64,000 nt of DNA from assembly GCA_965644315.1 (NCBI GenBank), contig CBFFRQ010000068.1:1116001-1180000 (forward strand), given 5' to 3'. The DNA is from Caecitellus pseudoparvulus. Taxonomy: Eukaryota; Protista; Bigyra: Bicosoecida. Below the pieces are notes generated by a model. It ran no database searches. It saw only the letters and a program-made list of their open reading frames with translations, and had not been told where the DNA came from. A program made the position numbers and the translations under genes. Positions 33,501-44,200 of this stretch are shown in pieces (position 1 is the first letter of the stretch; each line of letters opens with the position of its first letter).

Positions 33501-36500
33501 CGCGCTTGCGCCGCAGACAGAGCCTCACGCGCTTCGCGTTCAACTTGGGCAGCGGATGCTTGCGCGTCTCGTGATGCGGCCTCAGCCGCCTGCACTGCCT
33601 CCACCCGCCGCTGCAGAGCCGCCTCCCGTGCCTCCAGCTGCGCCCGCAAGCGGGCAAGTTCGGCGGCAGCTGTCTCATTCTCGGCTGCTGCCGCAGCGCG
33701 GGCTTGCTTAGCCGCCTGTTCGGCGGGAAGCAAGGCCGCCTCGCGCTGGTCCAGGCTGCGGGACCGGACCATGAAGGAAGCCTGCGACTCCTTCACTTCT
33801 GCCTCCCTGGCCACGAGTGCCCCCTCCCGCTCAGCGAGGGCCTTGGCCACAGCCTCTGATTGAGAAATGGAGCGCGACAGAGCACTCTCTCGCGCCGCCA
33901 CTGCGGCGGTGCGTGCCGCCAGGTCTGCCTCTTGTTTGGCCCGGGCGGCGTCAGCCGCCGCCTGAGCGGCCACCAGCGCAGATTCCCGCTCGGCTAATGC
34001 CGTGGCAGCAGTTGAGGCGGCATCTTTGGCAGCTTCCTTGCGCTCTCGCAGCCTCGCCGCGGCGGCTGCAACATTGGCTGCGGCGGACTGCAGTGCCTCT
34101 CGTTGCCGCTCCGCTGCCCGGGCAGCCTCTGCCTCCGCTCGCTCGGCCTGCTGCTCTCGTCGCTGCAGAGCCTCACGAGCGCCCTGGTGTTCAGCTGCGA
34201 CCCGCTTCACCTCTGCCGCGTGGTCGAGGCGCTCTCGATGGAGGGCTTCCTTCGCAAGCCGCACCTCCTCGGCGTGTGCTCCAGCGGCTTTGGCTGCTGC
34301 GGCGGCTTCTGCTTTGGCAGACGCTGCGTTGGCCTCAGCCTCCTTCAGGGACAGCTCTCTCGCATGGAGCTCCTCCTCTGTCGTCCGCAGCGCTGCCTCC
34401 CACTCTGCCAGTTCACGCTGCTTGTCAGCCAAGCTGCTCTGCGTGCGCTCAAGGGCAGACACGGCCCCCTCAGCTCGAGCACCGGAGTCAGCTGCTTGTG
34501 CCTCTGCCGTGCGCGCAGCTTCCAGGCGCTGCTCTGCACGCTGCTCTGCTGCAGTTGCCCGCTGCATGAGGTGTGCAGCCTCCTCTTCTCGGCGGCGCAG
34601 GTTGGCATCTCGCGCTTGTGACGCCTCCTGGCCTTGCCGCAGAGACTCTTGTGCGGAACGCAATGCTTCCAGCTGCTGCCTAATGTCTCTCTCTTGTTCT
34701 TGCAGCATCTCAGCTTGTGCCTGGGCAGTGGCCAGCTGCGCCGCCACTTCCCCCTCTTGCTCTGACACGCTTGCTTGGGTGCGGGTGACGCGGGCTTCTG
34801 CCTCAGCCACTGCCGCTTGCCTCGCCTCCAGCGCCGCCTGCCGCCGGTCCAATGCTGCCTCCAGAGCAGACAGCTCCCCTCTTTGCCGCGCCACCGCGTC
34901 GTCTGCCGCTTGCACCGCCTGCTCTCGCTCCTTCACGCGTGCAAGGATGGAGTGGGCCCGTGCCGCGTCTGCCGCTACCGCTGCCTCCTTCTCTGCAAGT
35001 GCCATGGCAGACTGGTGCAAGTCCTCCTCCCGCTGGCGCAGCTCGGCTGTGGAGCGAGTAGTGTCTGCCAGTGCCGCCTGTGCCGTTTCTTGGCGCTGCT
35101 CCGCTGCTGCCTGTGCGGTGGCAGCTGCGGCTTGTTTGGACGCCAGTGCTGCCTGCGCGGCCTGCAGCCGGCCATGTGCCTCTGCCACCTGCTTCGCCTT
35201 TGCTTCCAGAGATTGGCGCACCTCCTCCGCTGCCGCTTCAGCTGCCTCGGCAGCTTCAGCAGCCTCCTGCGCGGCAGCCTCCCGCTCCTCTGCCCGCTGC
35301 AACGCTTGCTGCAGCTCTTCTGCGGCAGCTTCTACCTCCGCACGATCTCGGGCAAGGGATTGCCTGTCCTGGGCCAGATCGGCTTGCTGCTGAGACAATG
35401 CCTGCAGGGCTTGCCTGAGCCCTGCCTGCTGCTGCTTGAGCTTCGCCGCCTGCGTTCCGGACGCCTCCTGCAGTGCTGCCTCTGCTGCCTTGACAGCCTC
35501 CTCCCGCTTCACCAAGGCTGCTTCGGTAGCCCTGGCCTTGTCTGCCGAGGTGGTGGAGGCATCCTCTGCCAGTGCCAGGCTCTGCGCAGCACGCGCTTCC
35601 TCTTGGGCCAGGCGCCGCTGTCGCTCATCCAAGGCGTCACTGCGTGCCTGTAGACGTCGCTGCAAGTCCTGTGCCTCCTCCATGACCTCGGCAGCTCGAG
35701 CCAGCTGCCCAGCCGTCGCCTCAGCCTGCGCGTCTTGCTCCGCCTGCGCTGCGGTGGCGGCCATGGCCGAATGCACGGCGTCGCTGGTCGCCTGTTCTTG
35801 CAGCTCTCTCCGCAAGGCTGCCTCTTTGCGCTGGTACTCCTTGTCCAAGGCAGCTTTGTGCTCCTGTAACCGCTCTTCCACCTTGGAAGCGGCGTCCTCC
35901 GCTTCCCGACGGGCAGCAGTGGCTGCGTCAGCGGCAGACTTTGCTGCTGCTTGGGCCTGGCCCAAGGCCAAAGTGTCGCGCTCCGCCTGCTGCAGGGCAG
36001 CTTTGGCAGCAGCTTCTCGCTGCTCCAGCTCCGTCCATCGCTGCTTGAAGGCTTCTTCCGCCTGTCTGTGTTCTGCTTCCCGCTGCCGCAGATCATCTGC
36101 CGCTCGCCCCGCCGCTTGCTCGCGCGCCTCAGCCGCCTGCCTCGCAGCATCTGCGTCTTGCTTGGCGGCAGCTGCCCCCTCCAGCGCACTTTGCAGTGCC
36201 GCCTCCTTGCGACCAAGCTCAGCTGATCGGTCTTCCCAGGCGCGGCGCGCAGCCACTGCCTCCTCCTGGCGTTGCTCGGCATTGTCAGCTTGCCTGGCAA
36301 TGTCTCTCGCCCGCTCCTCCAGCCTGGCTGCACGGGCTTCCAAGTCCCGAGTGCTAGCAGCGCTGGAAGCCTTGCTTTCCACCAGCGCATGCTTCAGCTG
36401 CGCCTCTTGACTCGCCAGCGCCTGCTCCCGTGCCGCCACAGCCGCTTCCTTGGCTGCCACTGCAGCCTGAGCTTGTGCCAGGTCACTTTGTGCTCGGGAC

Positions 36501-38719
36501 AGCTCTGATCGTTTGCCGTCCAGGGCAGCAGCTGCTTCTGCACGGGCCCTGCTCTGCTCTGCCTCGGATCGTTCGCGAGACAAGGCAAGGGCCTCCTCAC
36601 GGCTTGACACGGCAGACTCTCGGCGCGCCGCCACACGCTCGCGTTCCTCAAGCCCGGCCACCCTGCCTGCCGCTGCAGCCGCTGCCTCCTCCGCTGCCGC
36701 ACGGGCCTGCCGCGCTGCAGCGAGCTCCCGCTCCAGGGAGGCTTCCTGTGCAGCGCGGGAGTCAGCAGCCCTAGCTGCCTTGCGCTCCAGCTCCTCTGCA
36801 GCGGCACGCGCATCTCGTGCTTCCTTTGCCGCGGCCTCCTTCAAGCTGTTGGCTTCCAGTGCAGCAGCTCTTGCAGCTGCCTCCTTCTCTGCCACGCTCG
36901 CTTCCCGCGCCTGCAGTGCGCGCTCTCGGCGCTGCAGAGCCTCCTCTGCGCTGGACAAGTCTGCAGCCTTGCGCTGTGAGCGCACCTCGCCCTCTTGGGC
37001 AGCGGAGTGAGAGGCTTTCACCTGAGCCAGTTGGTTCGCCAGTGCAGCCTCCCGCTCAGCAAGTGCCGCCTCCCGACCCTGCAGCGTGGCTTCGCGCTGG
37101 GCCAGGCTTGTGGCAGAAGTGGACGTTTCCTGCGACGCTGTGTGTGCCGCTGCCCGCTCTGCTTCGGCAGCGGCCGCCTTCCGCGCCGCTGCGTCCTCCG
37201 CCGCCGCCGCCTGGGCCACTCGGTCCTTGGCTTCCGCAGCCAGACGAGCGGCTTCAGCTTGCGCTGTGCTGACGTCTCTGGAGCGCTGTTCCAAGGAAGC
37301 CTCTTGTTCCTTGACAGCCTTCCGCCTCTTGCGCAGGGAGCGAGAGTGCTTGGCGAGCTGTGCCTGCACAGCCTGCAGGCGCGCGACTGCCGCAGCGACG
37401 GACTGCTGGTGTGTGGACGCGGCATCGGCCAAGGCAGTTGCTTTGGCCACCAGGGCCACCCGCACAGCCTCAATGACACCCACGCCTACCTGTTGGGGGT
37501 CAGTGGGCAGTGTCGGCAGACTGGCTGCTGTGCGGCGAGCGGCGGGTGCTGGCGTCCCAGGTGGTGTGAAGAAGGCCATTCCAGGCCCGTCTGAGCTGCC
37601 TTCTGAGCTGATGTGGGACGCATCCAAGGTGAAAGAGACGCCTGCTCCTGGCGTCGGCGGTGGCGCCGGCATGCGGTCCATGGCTGCATCCATGGACCCC
37701 GCCGCCTCCGCCATGGCGTGCAGCCCCCGCAGCAGTTCGGACTGGGCGGCCCGTGCCTTGGCCAGCTCAGCCCTGGCATGCTCCAGCATCCCGGTGCCCT
37801 CCTGCTGCGACACGTCCAGAGAGGCTTCCCGCTCCTGCAGGCCTGCTTCGCGCTGAGCGGCTGCCGCTGCCGCTGCCGCCGCCGCTTCAGCTGCAGACCG
37901 AGCTTCGGCCTCCTGAGCACGCAAGCCGTCTCGCGCCTGCTCCAGCTCCTGCTGCTGGCGCTGCAAACGCAGGGCAGCCTGTGATGCCTCTGCATCCCGT
38001 TGCGCCAGGGCCTCCTCCCGCCGAGCAACATCCGCCAGCCGACTCCGTGCCGCCTCCTCCAACTCAGCCGCCCGAGCCTGCCGGCTCTCAGCCTCTGCGC
38101 GCTGGGCTGCCAGTGCCCTTCGCTCGGCTGCGAGTGCACGCCGCTCTTCGTCTGCCCGTGCGATGGCTGCCTGGACATCTGCCTGGGTCTGTGCAAGGGA
38201 CTCTGCTGACCTCCAGCGCTCGCTGGCAGCCGCTTCCCGCTCTGCAAGTTGCTGTGCCTGCTGCTCCACAGCAGCACTGCGAGATGCAAGGGTCGTTTTC
38301 GTGGTGGCCAGGCTTGCTTCCTCGCGCTGCAGCGCCGCTTCACGCTGCTGCAGCGCTCTCGCCTTGGCCTTCAGCTTCGCATCGTGCTTGCGAAGGCGTG
38401 CTTCCCATTGGTTATACAGGTACTGCAGCTGCTCCCGGTCCACGCTGCCCGACGAGGCCCCCAGAGCGGGAGGCTGAACACTGCTCAAGTCTGATCCCGA
38501 TGCGTACGGGTCGCTGCTGTCCTGGGGTGCGGGGGGAGCTGGCCGTGGAGCTGTGCGCTGACTGCCACCGTTTGAAGCAGCACCAGGCCCTTCCGCTGAC
38601 GCCGCGAAGCTGACCGAGTGGCGGGCCGGAGAAGGTGCCGACATGCCGAAGTCAATGGATCGCACAGCACTTCCATCCTGGCCCCGGGCCGGCCGCCTGC
38701 GCCCTGGAGTCCTGTCCAT
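30512..38719 (-). CDS. Giant Ala/Glu/Arg/Gln-rich coiled-coil protein (~2735 aa)
   Basis: Uninterrupted ORF with ATG at 38719. More than 2000 aa of nearly Pro-free helical sequence with recurring LxxRExxL/AAREAAL units and an acidic C-terminal tail. Confidence 0.8.
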   Translation of the reverse strand: MDRTPGRRRPARGQDGSAVRSIDFGMSAPSPARHSVSFAASAEGPGAASNGGSQRTAPRPAPPAPQDSSDPYASGSDLSSVQPPALGASSGSVDREQLQYLYNQWEARLRKHDAKLKAKARALQQREAALQREEASLATTKTTLASRSAAVEQQAQQLAEREAAASERWRSAESLAQTQADVQAAIARADEERRALAAERRALAAQRAEAESRQARAAELEEAARSRLADVARREEALAQRDAEASQAALRLQRQQQELEQARDGLRAQEAEARSAAEAAAAAAAAAAQREAGLQEREASLDVSQQEGTGMLEHARAELAKARAAQSELLRGLHAMAEAAGSMDAAMDRMPAPPPTPGAGVSFTLDASHISSEGSSDGPGMAFFTPPGTPAPAARRTAASLPTLPTDPQQVGVGVIEAVRVALVAKATALADAASTHQQSVAAAVARLQAVQAQLAKHSRSLRKRRKAVKEQEASLEQRSRDVSTAQAEAARLAAEAKDRVAQAAAAEDAAARKAAAAEAERAAAHTASQETSTSATSLAQREATLQGREAALAEREAALANQLAQVKASHSAAQEGEVRSQRKAADLSSAEEALQRRERALQAREASVAEKEAAARAAALEANSLKEAAAKEARDARAAAEELERKAARAADSRAAQEASLERELAAARQARAAAEEAAAAAAGRVAGLEERERVAARRESAVSSREEALALSRERSEAEQSRARAEAAAALDGKRSELSRAQSDLAQAQAAVAAKEAAVAAREQALASQEAQLKHALVESKASSAASTRDLEARAARLEERARDIARQADNAEQRQEEAVAARRAWEDRSAELGRKEAALQSALEGAAAAKQDADAARQAAEAREQAAGRAADDLRQREAEHRQAEEAFKQRWTELEQREAAAKAALQQAERDTLALGQAQAAAKSAADAATAARREAEDAASKVEERLQEHKAALDKEYQRKEAALRRELQEQATSDAVHSAMAATAAQAEQDAQAEATAGQLARAAEVMEEAQDLQRRLQARSDALDERQRRLAQEEARAAQSLALAEDASTTSADKARATEAALVKREEAVKAAEAALQEASGTQAAKLKQQQAGLRQALQALSQQQADLAQDRQSLARDRAEVEAAAEELQQALQRAEEREAAAQEAAEAAEAAEAAAEEVRQSLEAKAKQVAEAHGRLQAAQAALASKQAAAATAQAAAEQRQETAQAALADTTRSTAELRQREEDLHQSAMALAEKEAAVAADAARAHSILARVKEREQAVQAADDAVARQRGELSALEAALDRRQAALEARQAAVAEAEARVTRTQASVSEQEGEVAAQLATAQAQAEMLQEQERDIRQQLEALRSAQESLRQGQEASQARDANLRRREEEAAHLMQRATAAEQRAEQRLEAARTAEAQAADSGARAEGAVSALERTQSSLADKQRELAEWEAALRTTEEELHARELSLKEAEANAASAKAEAAAAAKAAGAHAEEVRLAKEALHRERLDHAAEVKRVAAEHQGAREALQRREQQAERAEAEAARAAERQREALQSAAANVAAAAARLRERKEAAKDAASTAATALAERESALVAAQAAADAARAKQEADLAARTAAVAARESALSRSISQSEAVAKALAEREGALVAREAEVKESQASFMVRSRSLDQREAALLPAEQAAKQARAAAAAENETAAAELARLRAQLEAREAALQRRVEAVQAAEAASRDAQASAAQVEREAREALSAAQARQAALEERSTGLQARETAVAERESAAKKAAAAAERTRRALESERAEASKARAEASKAKREAEEAKEAASGKAAAAKRSAASAAARAQAASAGYAARMEALASREEEVARREAAAASKLAAASRKSEKAAAALARKQAKAEAALDAARQRQEAAKQREEAACAAKEEADQRAAAVAQALEDLQAEIAAAEAKSVAQQEALQQQAERLAQRERQVEASERQARASADQAAEQLAARERQVQAAEEEVATREEASTAEAKRLRQAERELVQQQHALDARAAEVEARAASLARNRAATEAALAKRQEALDKAASSLQERVAAAREEVASKSEAARRKAAELREALDKQRAAAQADLVAERSELEALATSIMAGASTAPASGSPNSSAVSAAGSSGAAAAAQWLRSLQAKQAAAAASIAAAEGVLAEAEEAKAEAKAATRAASEAQANAAARTREAEQKIQYAEALQRSLQQQSGQSATEAAAAASAKAEAEAARKAAAAAVAEAEACSARLESERQAYMRGSAAWSAEKASLERRLAAAQGQVSASKAALAAAEEQREAAAAGGAAVQEELRQELEEAQTALDILRRREGAVLAALTTELQSGGETSTPSKVDAAASMIAEQLRALRGREARLEAKLAQAAQQRSREVDQLRSELASATAATERATALARGAQERCDRLQADVESARQATSRAQEAKATAEAEAKALRLRLASVQRELQGAKDSVEEREARVLALQQQLAEWERPSVGPNPGSPAQPASPHSEATPSPSTSQGTESAGDAEEAESAVFARRLERLTGVAAAMGAAPSTSAPQDTRAALASLQLAVQAAAAGPASAAVLQLRGAVPPVLAALHSALRASRTAPEEWQRAAVQGVKALVDSVSAEQREGAHRRRADAASPATHLHQDRDLHAAAHAAAAGVLDSTQTPLAAEDVPDDLQNVEEDAQEHLSDISSVSGEGVELEFGGALGIGTGTTLAQLLDMDDSDLPSGDADGVVDVGDLL

Positions 38720-38906
38720 GAGTGGGGTTGCAGCGGAATTTGAACCTGGGGCAGTCGCGGCTGGGATACAGGGGGGAGCAGCCTGGGCAGTCCCCACTCC
38801 CTAGGGAGAACGAACACATGCTTGGACGGGAGTTTGAGTCTGGGCAATGCATTGCAGCCCAGTGCTGGTGAAGCCAGTGGGCAAGGCGCGAAGGGGGCCT
38901 AGCAGT

Positions 38907-40809
38907 TTACAGCGCCTTGGCAGCGGCCACGAGCTTGGCAACGTTGGGGGTGCCAAGGCCGGTGGTGGCGTCCCAGCCAGCGGCGGCGGAGAAGCCAGTG
39001 GAGCAGCACAGAGTCTCTGTGCACTTGTTGTCGCCCTCAGTGACGTCGTTGAACGCATCGGGGTTGTTGGCGGCGATGGCGTACAGGGTGGGGTTGGCGA
39101 AGCCGAGCTTGGACTTGCCTGCCTTCACTCGGGCAGAGTTGACGATGGACATGATGCCGGCGACGACAGGGCAGGAGGCAGAGGTGCCATCCACAGCCTG
39201 GACCTGGCCGTCCAGCTGGATGTAGTAGTTGTGGCCCAGGGCGGCAATGTCGGGGTAGCCACGGCCGGCCTTGTTGAAGTCCTTCTCAGGGGGGGTCACG
39301 CCAGACTTGGACAGATAAGCAGACACGACGGCCTCCTGGTAGGAGGGGCGAGGGGCGTAGACAGAGAAGCCACCGCCGGAGGTGATGAGGGCACCCTTGG
39401 CGTTGGAGCAGACGATCTCAGTGCCGCCAGTGGCGCACTGCAGCTGGTTCTGGCAGATGGGCTCGCTGGCGCCAGAGGTGGAGCCAGAGCCAGGCTTGAT
39501 CTGGGTGGCGCCGACAGCGGTGATGTAGGGGGAGGAAGCGGGGAAGGCGGGGTTGGCCTTCTCGGTGGTGCAGAAACCGTCCGTGCGGCCGTGGGCACCG
39601 GAGTCACCAGAGGAGGCAAGCAGGGTGATGCCAGCGGCGCCCAGCTTCTGGAAGTTGGTGTTGACGGTCTCCACGAAGTTCTTGGAGCCGCCCTGAGAGC
39701 AAGGCTTGGACCCTGCGTCGATCTGGCACTGGTCAGTCTCGGACCAGCCGTAAGACATGGACACGACGTCGATGCCGTAGCCGGAGTTGGAGAGCATGTC
39801 CTCGGTCATGTCATACATCCAGTCGGAGGAGGTGTAGTAGTAGTTCGTGGCGCCCTCGCCGGTGGAGCCGATGTACTGCACGTCCAGGGTGGACTCAGCC
39901 TGGGGCTGGTTGTTGAAGGGTCCGATCTTCTTGTCCACAGTCCAGCTCTTGACGCCGGTGTTGGAGACGAAGGTCTTCAGGTCCATGTCAGAGTACGCAG
40001 TGAGGCCCTGGAACTCGAAGGCAGACTGGACGATGCTGGAATCAGCCGTGTGGTCGCCAATGTTGTAGAACGACTTGATGGTCTCAGGCACGACAGACAG
40101 GTCCCCAGCGCCGTTCTTGACGGCATGGGTGCGCCCATGGCGGCTAGTCTTGGGCAGCTGGTTCAGGCCGGCGATGAACTTGACATCGCCACGCAGAGCC
40201 TTGGGGAAGGTGTAGTCCCCCAGGACGCGGTGCACCTCGGCGCCGCTCTCGGAGTGCTTGTAGTGGCCGACCTTGGCGCCGCCCAGCATGCTGGAGACAG
40301 CAGCGGCAGTGCCAGAGCACTTCAGGGAGGCGCGTGTCGCGGCCACTTCGCAGTCCATGCCTGCGCGTGAAGCGGAAGTCGCCGCATTGCACTCCGTGCA
40401 GGCGCCGCCGACGCACAGTTGGCGCAGTGCTTACCAGCATCAGCCAGAGTGCGCTGCACCTTGGCCACGTGGGCAGAAGTAGGAGCAGTCAGCTTGTTCA
40501 GCTGCTCCATGGGCACAAACTTGCCGTATGCGGCGCTGTAGTACGGGTGCAGGCGGATGTGCAGTGCACCAACAGTTCCTCACCCTAGGGCTCGTCAAGT
40601 GCAAGCATCGCGTAGCAGAGCGCAGCTCACCTGCCGGGGGTGGACACGTCCCAGAACAGCTTGTCCAGGACATCCAAGTTGCGCTGGGGAAGGGCCACAG
40701 TGAAGTCCAGCTTGGTGCCGGGTGCACTGGCGCCAACCTTGGTCCAGCTTGGCGTGGTGGCTGCCACGGTCGTGGCAGCCACCGCAAGCAGAGCTGCGAT
40801 GGTCTTCAT
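38907..40809 (-). CDS. Secreted sedolisin / tripeptidyl-peptidase I (S53); introns 40630-40536 and 40434-40361
   Basis: Signal peptide MKTIAALLAVAATTVAA; prodomain ALPQRNLDVL..VSTP..YGK; catalytic motifs AESTLDVQY, SSGDSG, GGGFS, GRGYPDIAA, GTSASCP; Ca-site GWDATTGLG. Strong C-ending codon bias. Confidence 0.93.
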
Positions 40810-41296
40810 GGTGAAGGTGGGGCTCCTTAAATTCAGGGCAACACTGTTTGTTGCCAGGGGTGTGTTGGAAGTGATCGTAGTTTGAAGATCGTTGGCGTCT
40901 GTGCGAGGGACCGTGCAAGACTGGTCAAAGGTGGCAAGGGAAGTCAGTTGGCAGTCGGCGTGAAGCCGTGGGGATCGCATTGCTAGCTGGACTGGGGAGG
41001 ATGCTAGTGGAGCCCTGTGGAACACTGTTCAGAGCACGTAGTTGGGGCGAAGTGCTTGCTGTGCAGCTGCTCGGCCGAGTGTAGCTGGTAAGTGGACAAA
41101 TCGCACGGTTTCGGCGAGCTCCGTGTCTCCTGGAACCTTGTAGCCGCCCAAATCAAACTTGGCACATTGATCCACACCTATGAACGTATGGTTCCTTGTA
41201 GCAGCGCATGAGACCGTTTTTATTTGCGTTTCAGGCTTTCCAACCGCGCTGCCCTCTGCGTGCGCAATTTCCGCAAGCTGCAGAGACTTCGGCACC

Positions 41297-44200
41297 ATGT
41301 TTGCCCTCGCAGAAGAGGTACAGGAGTCCTTTGCACCAGAAGCACTTGCATTAGGATGCCAATACAAGGTGCTGCACTTAGAGGGCGCAGAGCAGCCGGA
41401 GGCACGGCAGGACGACACGTGGAGCTGGTGGGACGCAGCTGGTGCTGCGGCTGCCTTCATTTCAGCTCCTTGCGCCCCTGCCCGGTTCATCCCAACAAAG
41501 GCAGTCCAAAGTGCTTTGGACGCACGAGACATAGAATGGAGGGCCTTCTGCCTGCCGTCAACCAGGAACACGTTGCTTGTCGGCGAGCGCATGCTTGCAC
41601 TCTTGGACACGTCCACCACCTGGCGTTGCCAAGCTCTCCTGCAGCTGCCGTTAGATGCTGGGGACTGTCTGCCTTCAGGAGCCGGGCACTTCGGCGAAGC
41701 TGCCGCTTTGGCAGTCCCGGACGTGCACGGGGTTGTGCATTTGTGGTACGGCAGGCAGGGCCGCCTTCTACACAGGGCTGTGGGAAACCTGCCCTGGACC
41801 GAGACTCTTGGGCACGGTGCAAACTGCATTGCCCATGCTGCGACAGACGCACAGATTTCCGACGAGCAGGAGCTGTTTGGGCAATTGGTGGTCGTGACCC
41901 TCGACGGGACGGTCTGGCACGGCAGCTTCCGTGCTGAGCTGGAAACGGGAATGGCTGCACCAGCACCTGGCGCACCCGATCAGCCGACCCAGTCCCAGTC
42001 CCGCAGCCCCAGCTCCCTTTGTGTTCGCTGGAGGGCCCCGCTGAATGCCCGCCAAACTGGCCTGCGCAGCATAACTTGCGCGAAGGTGGCGCGCGCTCCA
42101 CGGGAAGGGAGGGGCACACACGTTTTCCTCGCTGGCAGAGTGGGGCAAGGGGCATCTCACCATCACTGCCTCTGCATTCACCTTCCGGTTGATGATGCTG
42201 CACCACCGTCGCTGCTGGCTTGCGCCCCGGTTGTCCCACCTGGCGCGCCTGGGCAGACTTGTGACATTGCCACACAGCTGTTCCTGGAACCTTTACAAGA
42301 GACAAGCAGGGTCGGCACGCTGCAGTCTCTATCAGTTCCCTCTAAAGGGTATTCCGGTCCCCCATCCTGTGCTGCAGCAGGCTCATGCTCTTGCTCTGCA
42401 GTTGGCAGCCACTGTGCCCAGCACGGCCGCACTTGCAGAAGGGAAGCTGGTGCTACCGAGCCAAACAGTTCCGATTCCATAGTGTTCCTGTTGCCTCCAA
42501 GCAGTGCTGAGGCAGATGTGGTGGCCATCAATGCTGCTGGCCACTTGTTCATGCTGCAGCCAGGCGGACTTCGTTTTCACCTGCCGCCACCAGCAGAAGA
42601 TGCGTGGGTGGAGGCGGCATGGCTGTCGAGGCACTGCTTGATGGCATTCACCCGGACTGGAGACTTTGTCGCTTTCCATGGTGACGCAGAGGGTGGTTGG
42701 TCCACAGCGGCCTCCTTTGATCCCCTTCCTGTCGGCCAGCACCATGGCGCCATGTGCGTTGCAGGACAAGCTGCCGCGATGTGTGCAGTCAAGGCTCCAC
42801 TCACAGCTTGTGTGGTGCCGAGCGCCACATCAAGCCCCAAGCTCCTGCTCTTGTGCAAGCATGTGGCTGCTTGTCGAACACGCTTCGCTTGGTCTGCAGT
42901 GGATTCTTCATCTGCGACGGCTGTCGAGCAGCGCCCGGGAAGCATGTCTCACGATGAAGGAAGTGCGCAGCTCGACGCGATTTCTGAGGCAGTTGATCAT
43001 GCCCTGCAGGGGGCATCAAGTGAAGACTTAAAAGAAGGCGGGCACATTTTCAAGTCTCGACTGTTCAACATGGTGTCCCTTTCACCCGTGCCGCTTCGGG
43101 CTTTTGCTGTTTCGGTTGTGGAGTCCATCGTTCAGGAGCTGAGTGGTGGTGCCACCGTGGGGGAGGCGGAGCTTTCTCAGCGCATCCGGGCATTGCTTCA
43201 GCTTGCAGCCACACACAGTGAGCCAGTCGCCACCCTGCTTTTGGAGGCAGTGCTGGGCGTACTGAAACCGCAGCCAAGCCCCGCCGGCCTAGATGTAGCA
43301 CGGGGCAGCGTGGAGGCAGCCTGCCGCCTCGTGGACATCTTGCTGCAACACGTTGCAGCATTGGGAGGACAAAAGGCAGCGCACATATTGGCCTCAATGC
43401 TCGCTGGCTGCACGGCTAGCACCGTCTCAGAGACATGCTGCCTGTGGGAAACGGGGCTGAAGTGCCTAAGACAAGCGGGAGAATCTGGAACTCCGATTCA
43501 GGGACAGCTGCAGTCTCAGCTCGACGCTCTTGAGTTGTTGGACCGCCTTGACATGAGTGGCGACGTCTGCCCTGCCCTCATCTCCCAGCTTGTTGATGAG
43601 GGGCCGCGTGCTCTCCTCCGTGTTGCTCTCGTTGGAGGGCAGGAAACACATGTGCGCGAGATTTTGACCCGCACCCCAGCGGTCGCACCAGAAGAAATGT
43701 TCGAGCTGCTTGAAATTGCTGCGGCGTCCATGTCAGCCCACGGGCTTCTGCCGCTCCTCCCTGCCCCCCCTGCCGTTCAGCTTCGGGACCCGGTTGTTGC
43801 TGTCCACAGAGGCCCGCCAGTGGGGCTGCCTCCCCCGCTGACTGTGGGGGCAGGAGGCCCCTCGACGAGCCCAGTGCAAGCTCCTCCGCCCCACTTTTCA
43901 TTGCTTGTGCAGCCGCACCGTTTTGTATTCGAGGGACAGGCTGCGACATGGACAGTACAGCCACATTCCTCCTCAAGCCCTCAGCCACTGCCAGTGGTAC
44001 TAAGCGCGCTATGCCACGCTTGGATCCACCTTTTAGACTGCTTGGATCGGCATGGGCGCCATGATGTGGCTCTGTCTACTTTACAGCAGCTGTTTCGCCA
44101 CATGCCTGCAGAGGTGCCCATGCTGCCTGCAATAGATCATCTCCGCGAGCGCATGAGCAAGCTGCACGAAGAAAACTTCATTGAATCTCGAGACTTGGCT

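Noticed and set aside
38847-40370. 507-aa plus-strand ORF opposite the sedolisin gene, and the many similar overlapping ORFs in the track
   Set aside because: Antisense shadows produced by high GC and strong codon bias; no recognisable motifs.
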